IMG/VR virus record: IMGVR_UViG_3300017705_000568
Location: 1-34,819 of that record
DNA length: 34,819 nucleotides
Direction: 5' to 3' (one strand)
DNA from: a virus
Taxonomy: Duplodnaviria > Caudoviricetes
In this document: piece after piece, positions 19,509 to 27,579 of the stretch
Numbering within the stretch: position 1 is the first letter of the stretch
Layout of the letters: each line of letters begins with the position of its first letter
Translations under genes and position numbers: made by a program
The notes under the pieces: generated by a model
Databases searched by the model: none
What the model saw: only the letters and a program-made list of their open reading frames with translations
What the model was told of the DNA's origin: nothing

Positions 19509-20489
19509 ATGCGAATTCCTGCTAATATCATTATAGACTATTTATCCGAGAAGTTTCCGGTTAATAAGCGGACAAATCGGGAATTCCTTGTAAACTCCTT
19601 GTTTGCTGAGGATTACAAATTCCACATGTCCATCAATTCCGATACAGGGTTGTGGCAGGACTTTAAGTCCGGGGAGAGGGGCAATTTCATTCAGCTTATA
19701 TCTCACGTGGAAGGTATCCCGTTCCAGTCAGCCAGAAACTGGGTACGAAAGAAAATGTTAGACAAGCCGGATAGCTTGTTTGATGTGTCTAATATAGCAG
19801 TAGAAAATAAAGCCCTTGGAGGGAAAAGCATTACTTCCGAGTTTAAAGATTTTCGTATTTTTAATACTAAAAAAGATTTTAGTAGTAAATCAATTTTTCG
19901 TAGACTTGCTTCTCGTTTTGTTCGAGGTAGAAAATTATTAGGAAAATTTATGTTTTGTCCTAAAGGAAAGTTTTGGGGTAGAATTATTATTCCTTATTTA
20001 AAAGACGGTACCCCCTATTACTTCCAAGCGAGAAGTTTAAATGGAGCAACCCCTAAGTATTTAAACCCTAGCCGGGATGTTCATGGTGTGAAGTCCTCGG
20101 ATGTCCTCTATCCTTTTGACAAGAACAAGGAATACGTCTTTGTCACTGAGGGACCCATAGACGCCATCACACTGCAAACAAATGGTATTAATGCTACGTG
20201 TACCCAAGGAAGTCGAATGTCCACCACGCAGGCGCGTGAGCTTCGTGGGAGGAAGATAATACTGTCCTATGACAATGACGAACCTGGACGTATAGGAATG
20301 GCGGCTGCTAAGAAATTACTTCTCGGGTGTCAGGAGAATAGGATATACGCGTGTGTACCCCCAAAGCAGTATAAAGATTGGAACGATTTTCATATCGTCG
20401 CCAAACCCGGTGAGTTCGATGACCATATAGTTAACTCTATATTTAAGCTAGACTTTGATTTCTTCGTTACTGAACAATTAGGCTCATAG
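19509..20489 (+). CDS. DNA primase (TOPRIM); start corrected to ATG 19509
   Basis: RIIIP, YFQARSL, PKYLNP, VFVTEGPIDA and ILSYDNDEPG motifs; the upstream extension to 19362 is antisense to the nuclease gene. Confidence 0.9.
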   Translation: MRIPANIIIDYLSEKFPVNKRTNREFLVNSLFAEDYKFHMSINSDTGLWQDFKSGERGNFIQLISHVEGIPFQSARNWVRKKMLDKPDSLFDVSNIAVENKALGGKSITSEFKDFRIFNTKKDFSSKSIFRRLASRFVRGRKLLGKFMFCPKGKFWGRIIIPYLKDGTPYYFQARSLNGATPKYLNPSRDVHGVKSSDVLYPFDKNKEYVFVTEGPIDAITLQTNGINATCTQGSRMSTTQARELRGRKIILSYDNDEPGRIGMAAAKKLLLGCQENRIYACVPPKQYKDWNDFHIVAKPGEFDDHIVNSIFKLDFDFFVTEQLGS

Positions 20490-21420
20490 GCGGACTTATA
20501 TGCGTCTGCCCTAAGATGGTGCATTTAACACGCACTTGGTAGTTTCCAGGTATGACCTTCTCATCCGTAGTATCTAACCTTAACATTATAGTATCATCAC
20601 TTAAAACCTCAACCCCGTAAGTAGAAAACCCGTCCCCATCTATATCCATTATATCGGACCATGCTGGACCTGTAAGGGTATCATTGAGCCGGATTAATCT
20701 CCACTCCGCATCGGAAATTATCGAGCCTTGTAACAGGGATTCAACATCTTGAGTCATTCCCGGTGAAGCAAAAGAAAGGTCGGTAGTGACTACTATATCT
20801 TTAATCTCTCCGTCCTGAATATATTTTTGACCGAGTTTAAAGTTAGCAGTGCACGTGATAGGCTCCGTAATAGCAAACGCCCCGTCGTTGTACAATTCAA
20901 ACGTGTTAATATATGTCTTCGCTTTTGAACCTGCTACATTTACTACAGTCCACACGTCCATATATTTCGCCGTGGCACTTACCGCATTTCCAGAGGGGTC
21001 GCCAACTCCATTTCCTGCAGTGATATCAACCCACTCTGAGTTGGGCACAAGTACTGAGCCAAAGTGCCCTGTCCCTAATTTATGGATACCACTAGAGTTA
21101 CCTGAATCTCCGCCAAATTTATTTTCCTTGAAATAATCACTTCCTGTGTCGGTTATCCATTCTCCCGAATCGTTAAAATTTCTGAATTCGTAGTAAGCGC
21201 CGGATGTCGAGCTAACAAGACCATAATTCTCGCTTCCCGCGGTAAGGTCTAGGTATGAGTCTGCGTCGCCGTTAGTCGTATTAGGAAAAATATGAACGGA
21301 ACAGACCTGGTAAGGGTCTGCATAAGCCCCGTCCTGTATGAGGTAGAAATCTAAAAGGAGCTTGCTATTTGCGCTAGGACGTTGGTGACGACGTATTACG
21401 GTGGTGTTATTGACTTTCAT
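20467..21420 (-). CDS. Hypothetical virion protein, possibly with Ig-like domains
   Basis: 317 aa, beta-rich; C-terminal LRLDTT...PGNYQVRVKCTILGQTHISPPMSLIV; ACTAAATA box 7 nt before the ATG. Confidence 0.55.
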   Translation of the reverse strand: MKVNNTTVIRRHQRPSANSKLLLDFYLIQDGAYADPYQVCSVHIFPNTTNGDADSYLDLTAGSENYGLVSSTSGAYYEFRNFNDSGEWITDTGSDYFKENKFGGDSGNSSGIHKLGTGHFGSVLVPNSEWVDITAGNGVGDPSGNAVSATAKYMDVWTVVNVAGSKAKTYINTFELYNDGAFAITEPITCTANFKLGQKYIQDGEIKDIVVTTDLSFASPGMTQDVESLLQGSIISDAEWRLIRLNDTLTGPAWSDIMDIDGDGFSTYGVEVLSDDTIMLRLDTTDEKVIPGNYQVRVKCTILGQTHISPPMSLIVQ

Positions 21421-21426
21421 GCTACT

Positions 21427-21615
21427 TTATTTAGTACCTTTAGCGTTCTCCATTTGTTCATTTTCTCGTTCAACTTCTTCTCGGTATAAATCAAGGTATT
21501 CACTACGCTCCACACCCGACATAGACCTTACGTCCTGCAGGGTAAAACCTAATCGGTGTACGAGAATATAGCTTTCGTATGCTAGAGCCCCCGCACGAGC
21601 TTCTAGCTCGGTGAG
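21427..21615 (-). CDS. gp51-like / tail assembly chaperone extension (62 codons), probably reached by -1 frameshift
   Basis: Frame reads LTELEARAGALAYESYILVHRLGFTLQDVRSMSGVERSEYLDLYREEVERENEQMENAKGTK*, resembling the gp51/gpT-type pattern; no ATG before the conserved region; -1 relative to the upstream ORF. Confidence 0.75.
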   Translation of the reverse strand, partial: LTELEARAGALAYESYILVHRLGFTLQDVRSMSGVERSEYLDLYREEVERENEQMENAKGTK

Positions 21616-21621
21616 AAAAAA
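21581..21621 (-). promoter_or_regulatory. Putative programmed -1 ribosomal frameshift signal
   Basis: Slippery heptamer T_TTT_TTC (21621-21615) in X_XXY_YYZ phase, 7-nt spacer, then hairpin GCTAGA-A-GCTC-GTGCGG-GGGC-TCTAGC (21607-21581). Confidence 0.72.
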
Positions 21622-22475
21622 TGTTCGTTAAGGGGAATCTGACCTTGTTGTCCTGAACCGCACTCGATACAGTCGAAGGTTACTTCTTGGTCTAAACCGT
21701 AATCTGCCTTCATTAGTGTATCGCGAAGGGTCGCCACATCACGAGCAGTAGTTGCCTCGATAAACTTCTTAATAATGATTTTATCCTTATAACCTCCAAT
21801 AGACTGCACAAAACGCCATAGGTTCTGTGTTAGAACTTCCCCGGTAGCCATATAATCTTCGTCTTTGGCACGAGGGCTAATCGCACGCACCTCTTGTCCA
21901 GAGTCTGGAAGGGTAAAGGCAAAAGGTTCTTCGTAGTCGTCCGCAACATACTTAATTGGAATCTGGTCGATTTCCACCCTCATACGGTTCTCGGTGCGAC
22001 AGTTAGTACATTTAAATACTACAGGGTAATCATTACCGTACGAGATTTCCCTCAACTTAAACAAGATATAATTCTTGTCGGGTATAGTTAGGACGTCGTG
22101 GGGCAGCCCACGTACACAAGACTCGAATATTTTCTGGATAACTTCTCTACCTTGAGACACTTTAGAGATGCTCCGTAGGTGTTTCTCCTCATCGAAGGAG
22201 AAAGGTCTTATTTCCACGGACTCTGGTTCATTATAAGCCTGACCCTTAGAAGGTAAATCTATTGGCACCCAAACCATCTTTTCGTTTACCTGCCCAAGCA
22301 GTTCTCGTAGAATATCTGGTACCTTACCGGTAGCCAGTCCCGCTGTTTCCTTAGGTGGTTCTGCTTTAGGCGCAGGTGGCGCCTCGGGCGCGCCTTCAGG
22401 CGTATCAGTTTCAAGACCGTGTTCAGCTTGAAATTCTTTAGCCATATCAATTATTGTTTTATTATCGTCAGACAT
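21603..22475 (-). CDS. T4 gp26-like baseplate hub / tail assembly chaperone
   Basis: IDLPSKG..Y...VEIRPF...EEKHL, DKNYILFKLREISYG, two CxxC pairs (CTNC, CIEC) and C-terminal IPLNEHFF. Confidence 0.82.
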   Translation of the reverse strand: MSDDNKTIIDMAKEFQAEHGLETDTPEGAPEAPPAPKAEPPKETAGLATGKVPDILRELLGQVNEKMVWVPIDLPSKGQAYNEPESVEIRPFSFDEEKHLRSISKVSQGREVIQKIFESCVRGLPHDVLTIPDKNYILFKLREISYGNDYPVVFKCTNCRTENRMRVEIDQIPIKYVADDYEEPFAFTLPDSGQEVRAISPRAKDEDYMATGEVLTQNLWRFVQSIGGYKDKIIIKKFIEATTARDVATLRDTLMKADYGLDQEVTFDCIECGSGQQGQIPLNEHFFSPS

Positions 22476-22477
22476 GT

Positions 22478-22493
22478 TACTATTATAATAGTA
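22478..22493. promoter_or_regulatory. Perfect 16-bp palindrome TACTATTATAATAGTA; putative bidirectional -10 promoter element
   Basis: Exactly 2 nt from both divergent ATGs (22475 minus, 22496 plus); gives TATAAT-N6-ATG on each strand. Confidence 0.7.
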
Positions 22494-22495
22494 TA

Positions 22496-23881
22496 ATGGT
22501 TAAAATAAGTGTAGGAAATATCCATTCATTATTAAAAACCGAGAATAAGAAACTCAAGAGTATATTACAAAAAAAATATACTTATAAGATTCCCGGTTAT
22601 CAATATACCAAACAATATAGGAAAGGGTGGAATGGTGAAAAATCATTCTTCTCTTCCAAAAGTGGAAAATTTCTAACCGGACTTTTATATAGTATAGAAG
22701 CAGATTTACAGTATGGGGAGATACCATATGAGGTAGAGGACTTGAGAAAACCACTTCCGATAGGGGATACAGACGTAGAAGGCATTGAGTTACGTCCTTA
22801 CCAAGAAGATATTGTACAGAGAGCTTTGGAACTGGAAAGGTGTATTATTAAAGCTCCTACAGGCTCGGGCAAGACTGTTATTCTAGCGGCTATCCTGAAA
22901 GCCTTAGAAGGGAAAACTGGGCTTATCTTCTTTACTAAAAAGCAGCTATTACACCAAACTTATAAATTTTTGACCAAGTACGGGTTTGATGTAGGTGTTG
23001 CTTTTGGGGACGGCGTAGACATTAAACCTGTAACTTTGTGCACGGCGCAGTCCATAGACAAGGTTTTAGACTCCCACTTGGACACTTCAGACTTCATTAT
23101 CTTTGACGAGGTGCATGAGTTCTCCAAGGGGAAAATAACCAGTAGAATGGTTAAATCCTTTAAAAACGCTCGCGTACGTATAGGAATGACAGCGACAGTA
23201 CCTTCAGAGCCTATATCCAAACTTAATATCGTTGGCGGCTTAGGTCAGGTCATTGAGGAGGTTAATGCTACTGAGTTGATAGGGGGCGGGTTCCTAACAG
23301 AGCCAACCATTAATATTATTGATTTGGAGGATGAAGGAACTGTTGAAGACACAGAGAGCACCTATTTTGAGATTTATGAGAAATATATCGTTGAGTACGA
23401 ACGCCGGAACAATATTATTTGTGATATTGTAAAAAAAATAAACTCGTACCAAAATGACCGAAAAACATTAATTATTGTTAAAAACCTCGCCCACGCGGAG
23501 ATACTTCATAAAATGATACCTGGCTCCTTGAAACTTGAAGGAAAGGACTCTCTAGCTGACAGGGATAGGGAGCTTAAGAAGTTCGTCTCGAAAGGGGAGC
23601 AAGTTATTATCGGTACAACTATTTTTCAAACTGGTGTTGATATCCCCGAGATAACCCATTTAATTAACGCCCGTGGGTTAAAGAGCGAAATAGCCACCCT
23701 GCAGGCTCTTGGGCGCGCTCTAAGAATTCACAAATCAAAGAATCAAGTTCATATCTATGATTTCTATGATAAGGTACCTTACCTACATAAACATGCGAAT
23801 CTTAGAATTCGAGCGTATAAAAGCCTAAACCTAAACATACAAACAGATGAAACATTTAAAAGACGTAAAACGAGAACTTAA
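22496..23881 (+). CDS. Superfamily 2 DNA helicase, UvsW-like; start corrected to ATG 22496
   Basis: LRPYQ, APTGSGKT, IFDEVH, GMTAT, FQTGVDIP and LQALGRALR helicase motifs. Confidence 0.92.
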   Translation: MVKISVGNIHSLLKTENKKLKSILQKKYTYKIPGYQYTKQYRKGWNGEKSFFSSKSGKFLTGLLYSIEADLQYGEIPYEVEDLRKPLPIGDTDVEGIELRPYQEDIVQRALELERCIIKAPTGSGKTVILAAILKALEGKTGLIFFTKKQLLHQTYKFLTKYGFDVGVAFGDGVDIKPVTLCTAQSIDKVLDSHLDTSDFIIFDEVHEFSKGKITSRMVKSFKNARVRIGMTATVPSEPISKLNIVGGLGQVIEEVNATELIGGGFLTEPTINIIDLEDEGTVEDTESTYFEIYEKYIVEYERRNNIICDIVKKINSYQNDRKTLIIVKNLAHAEILHKMIPGSLKLEGKDSLADRDRELKKFVSKGEQVIIGTTIFQTGVDIPEITHLINARGLKSEIATLQALGRALRIHKSKNQVHIYDFYDKVPYLHKHANLRIRAYKSLNLNIQTDETFKRRKTRT

Positions 23882-24077
23882 TAAAATCCAAGAGAACGAT
23901 ATCTCTGCTATGAGGACTGCTATAGGTCGCTTCGAAGAGTGGATGAAAGAAGGACATATTGACGAGACAAAAGTAAAAGAGCTCGACAGTATGATTGCCG
24001 AGCTCCTTATTATGCGTACTAAGTTTAGTAATAATTTACTTCAGTGGTCTAAGCAGGGGTTTCTTCTTGACCAGTAG
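23847..24077 (+). CDS. Small helical hypothetical protein (positionally like T4 uvsW.1)
   Basis: 76-aa ORF overlapping the helicase 3' end; no sequence motif recognised. Confidence 0.6.
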   Translation: MKHLKDVKRELNKIQENDISAMRTAIGRFEEWMKEGHIDETKVKELDSMIAELLIMRTKFSNNLLQWSKQGFLLDQ

Positions 24078-25839
24078 TCTCTTCCTCTTCCCCGTCTAGA
24101 ATATCTTCATCGTGGATATCGGCTTTACTTAAGTCTATATCACCCAAGATTTCTTCTAGGTCGTTAACGAGACTTTTAATTTCACCCTCGCCTTCTGCTT
24201 TCTCGTCTTCTTCAGGAGCGTACTCAGCTTTACCAAAGGCATCATTTTGCATTGATGGCTCTGCTTCTACTTCCACCTCTTCTTTAAGCTTTTTACCTTT
24301 CTTCTTCTTAGAAGGTTCAGCCCCGCCAACTACGTTGTTAGCATCGCCGGGTCCGTTTACTTTATCAGCTTTCTCCTCGATAGGCTTTTTACCTTTTTTC
24401 TTCTTGCCGTTCTCTTCTTCTTCACCCTCTTCGCCTTCTTCTTCGTCTGCTACGTCTGGTTCGGTACCTTCGGTATCATCGCCTTTAGCGTCCTTTTTAG
24501 CTCCCTTCTTCTTTTTCTTTGGCTTCTTCTCTAAGTCCTTAGCGTCCATGTCCTCCTCTTCATCACCAGCGAACTGCTCAGTAATTTCGGCGGAAAGAGC
24601 GTCAACCCCAAAAGCCTCTTTATCAGAGATAATAGTGATGTCTGCCTCGTTAAAGTTTTCCTGAAGGAAGCTGGCTACGTCAAGAACTTCGACACCGCCT
24701 TTCTTTTTCATGAAGTGGGCGAACTCGGAGCAAACATCGTGGAGAACACCTTCGCCCGCGCTCTCTGACACGATTCCCATAACATCGGAATAAATTTCAG
24801 CTAACCCTTTAAAAGAGGGGATGAACTTAAGATTCTGCATGTTAACACCATACTTCTCATTTAATGTATTAAGCACGGCGGATTTGTGTGGCTTCTTCAT
24901 CTCAAAGATTTTCGCTACGTAGTCACGGATATCCTTCTGTGAGATAGTTCCCGGGTTGGTGACTTCGTATACTGCGTTGAGAACTTCGTAAACATCACTC
25001 TTGCTTGATAAAGCAAAATAAGGAATCTGCTTAACACATTCCTTAATGTTTTTAATGATTGCCGGGTCATTGGAATAAATGCAAGACGCCAAATCAGCTA
25101 TAGAATCATTACCGACCCACATACGAGAAAAGCTCTCTTTAGCTTCAAGAAGTTCTTTACGAACTAATTCTTTCTCACAAATCATCTCATAAAGACTCTT
25201 CTTGTTATTTTCGGGTACGACAATGAATGCTTTGTCTAGTGCATCGTAGGACATGCGTGGGAGGTCATAAGCCTCGCTTACCAAACAAGATAAGCGCATG
25301 CCTTCCATTAAGGTATTGTTTTTGGCGATAGTCTCTTTGTTTTCGGTTAAGAACTTCTTAAGCATAGGGGCAACCTCTTCTAGTTTTTTATACTCAGGGG
25401 AGTCTGTAATGCTATAAGCGGCGTTGAAACGCGCAATCTTTTTATCAAGTTTAGACCGTGCTTCTTTAATTCTATGACGGGAAGTGAAAGCTTCCAAAAT
25501 ACTCTCAAAAGAACCTTCGGCTTTGTCAAACCTGTCTTCAGACAAGTTAGTAACAAACTCAGATACTTCTTTAGATACAGCTTCATCAATGCGCTCGTCG
25601 TCGGTAACAGACTCCAAACTTTCTACGATGAACTCAGACATAGTCATTTTGCCATTGGCTGTCCCATACTCGCACGTAATAAAATTATTCTTCTCAGACA
25701 AGAATGTAACCTTTCTGTGGGCGTCATCAATTTCAAAGATGGAAAGGTTTTCTCGGAGTAAACGACTTAAATAGTCGGCTGCCTCGCTAATGCGAACGAA
25801 AGTTTTGTCACGTGAATTAAAGAGATTATCAAATTTCAT
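24049..25839 (-). CDS. Putative prohead core / scaffolding or internal head protein
   Basis: 596 aa directly downstream of the portal; helical Glu/Lys-rich body and long acidic/poly-Lys C-terminal tail; AGGA upstream. Confidence 0.5.
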   Translation of the reverse strand: MKFDNLFNSRDKTFVRISEAADYLSRLLRENLSIFEIDDAHRKVTFLSEKNNFITCEYGTANGKMTMSEFIVESLESVTDDERIDEAVSKEVSEFVTNLSEDRFDKAEGSFESILEAFTSRHRIKEARSKLDKKIARFNAAYSITDSPEYKKLEEVAPMLKKFLTENKETIAKNNTLMEGMRLSCLVSEAYDLPRMSYDALDKAFIVVPENNKKSLYEMICEKELVRKELLEAKESFSRMWVGNDSIADLASCIYSNDPAIIKNIKECVKQIPYFALSSKSDVYEVLNAVYEVTNPGTISQKDIRDYVAKIFEMKKPHKSAVLNTLNEKYGVNMQNLKFIPSFKGLAEIYSDVMGIVSESAGEGVLHDVCSEFAHFMKKKGGVEVLDVASFLQENFNEADITIISDKEAFGVDALSAEITEQFAGDEEEDMDAKDLEKKPKKKKKGAKKDAKGDDTEGTEPDVADEEEGEEGEEEENGKKKKGKKPIEEKADKVNGPGDANNVVGGAEPSKKKKGKKLKEEVEVEAEPSMQNDAFGKAEYAPEEDEKAEGEGEIKSLVNDLEEILGDIDLSKADIHDEDILDGEEEETTGQEETPA

Positions 25840-25897
25840 TTTTTTTATCCTAGTTTATATACGAATAGGGGAAGCGTTTTTTTAGAAAATTACCGAT

Positions 25898-27577
25898 TTA
25901 CTTCGGTTCTGGCTGGGGCGCGCCTCCTAATCCCCCTGGACCACCACCCATATCGGGTCCGCCGGGGGCTCCTTCTTCTCCTGGAGGACCTCCACCGGGA
26001 CCCATTGGTCCAGCTGCGGCTGCTTGGTCCGCCAAATCATTTTGTTTTTGTTCTTCCATTTCATCTTCTATTTTACGTATTTCACCTTGGGTCATGCCAA
26101 AGTAAGTCTCATAAAGATATGATGTAGGGAATAACTGTAAACCCTGTACTGCTTGTACAACACGGGTTTTTTGCTCGTCAATCTCCAAACGACGCTTTTC
26201 TGTAATGTCGGAAGGGGGCGCCAACTTAAGTTTAAAGTCGGTTACCATTGATGGAGGGAAACCTTTCAATTGAAGGTGTCTGCGGTATAAAGTGGTTAAA
26301 CCAATCTCAATATCACGTTGGATACGTAATACAGCTTTAGCAAACTTAGCGTCCAACTGCGATAGGTTAGCCTTTCTTTCCGGCGAGTTGTCCTTCTCAA
26401 CGATAAAGTCCTTAGGAATCTTCATCGCAGCGAGAACTTTATCTCTAAAGTAACGTACATCATCAACTTCACCAAGGTTTTGACCCCCTTGAAGAGTTTC
26501 AATCTTAGTACCCTGACCGTTCTTTTGAGGTACGAAGAAGTCCTCATCGGCGGCTAGGGGGTTGTAACGCTCATCAATACCACCTTCGTTTTGGTTGTAG
26601 AACTTTTCTTTCTTGAATTTAGCCTTCAAGCGCTCCATGAACATCTCAACCTTGGTAGCAGGTAGGTTACCTGTCTCAACATAGAAGATACGGCGCTCTG
26701 GAGCTCTCACCAAGCGGTAGATAAGCATGGCGTCTTCCATTAAGCGGAGAGACTTCCACGCGCGTACGCCCGGGGCTAAAATTGATTTGCCGTAAGGGTA
26801 GAAGTGAGGGTCCGAATTGAAGTTACGGAAGTGGACCACTTGGTCCTTGTCCAACTTAATAAGGTTTTTCTTATCGGCAACCGGAGCATATTGTGGTTGA
26901 CCCTCATTTGCCTTAGGTACTTCCTGCAGGAACTCCTTAAGATACCCGAACTTATCCTCAACTCGGAAGATATAGTTAGGATTAAGAATCTTAATGCGTT
27001 GAATACCAGCCTCAGCATTGTTTAGGTCAACGATGTTCTCAAGGAAGCAGTCACCGTATTTGCACACGTTACGAGTAACGTCCCAAAGAAAGCGCTCGAC
27101 TTTAATAGTTTCTCCGAAAGCTTCTAGAACATCACGGATAATCTCTTGTTCGGTGTCGATTTTAAGTGTTGTGCCGCGTAGGTCTTCTTGAGTAGCGTCA
27201 TCAGCATAAATGTCCAAAGCTGCGCCAATCTCTGGATACTCATCCATTCTTTCATAATCTTGGTATTTACGACGACGTTCGTACTCAACCTGAGGTAGGC
27301 GAGGCATACCTTTCGATATTCCGATTTGACCGTTAGCTTGGGTAAAGACATCAGCATTCTTTACAACATCACCCGCTAAAGGTGTCTTCTTAGGAGGTCT
27401 TCCTCTCTTAGCCTTATGCTCTTTCGAACCAAAGAAGGACTTAAAGAATGCAGCAAATTTGCCGCTTAGGGGTCTGCTATCCCCAAACGTAGTAGAATTG
27501 GGGAAAGAGGTCATGTCTTCTTCCAACATGTTCTCTTGCTCCTCAATCATTTCATCCAAAATTTCGTCGTCTTTCAT
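25898..27577 (-). CDS. Portal protein, T4 gp20-like; start likely ATG 27577
   Basis: YERMDEYPEIGAALDIYADD, PYGKSIL, LRLMEDAMLIYRLVRAPERRIFYVETGNLP, EDFFVP and GTKIETLQGGQNLGEVDDVRYFRDK. Confidence 0.96.
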   Translation of the reverse strand: MKDDEILDEMIEEQENMLEEDMTSFPNSTTFGDSRPLSGKFAAFFKSFFGSKEHKAKRGRPPKKTPLAGDVVKNADVFTQANGQIGISKGMPRLPQVEYERRRKYQDYERMDEYPEIGAALDIYADDATQEDLRGTTLKIDTEQEIIRDVLEAFGETIKVERFLWDVTRNVCKYGDCFLENIVDLNNAEAGIQRIKILNPNYIFRVEDKFGYLKEFLQEVPKANEGQPQYAPVADKKNLIKLDKDQVVHFRNFNSDPHFYPYGKSILAPGVRAWKSLRLMEDAMLIYRLVRAPERRIFYVETGNLPATKVEMFMERLKAKFKKEKFYNQNEGGIDERYNPLAADEDFFVPQKNGQGTKIETLQGGQNLGEVDDVRYFRDKVLAAMKIPKDFIVEKDNSPERKANLSQLDAKFAKAVLRIQRDIEIGLTTLYRRHLQLKGFPPSMVTDFKLKLAPPSDITEKRRLEIDEQKTRVVQAVQGLQLFPTSYLYETYFGMTQGEIRKIEDEMEEQKQNDLADQAAAAGPMGPGGGPPGEEGAPGGPDMGGGPGGLGGAPQPEPK

Positions 27578-27579
27578 AA

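Noticed and set aside
23847-24077. Orthology to T4 UvsW.1
   Set aside because: Only position and size agree; no recognisable sequence similarity
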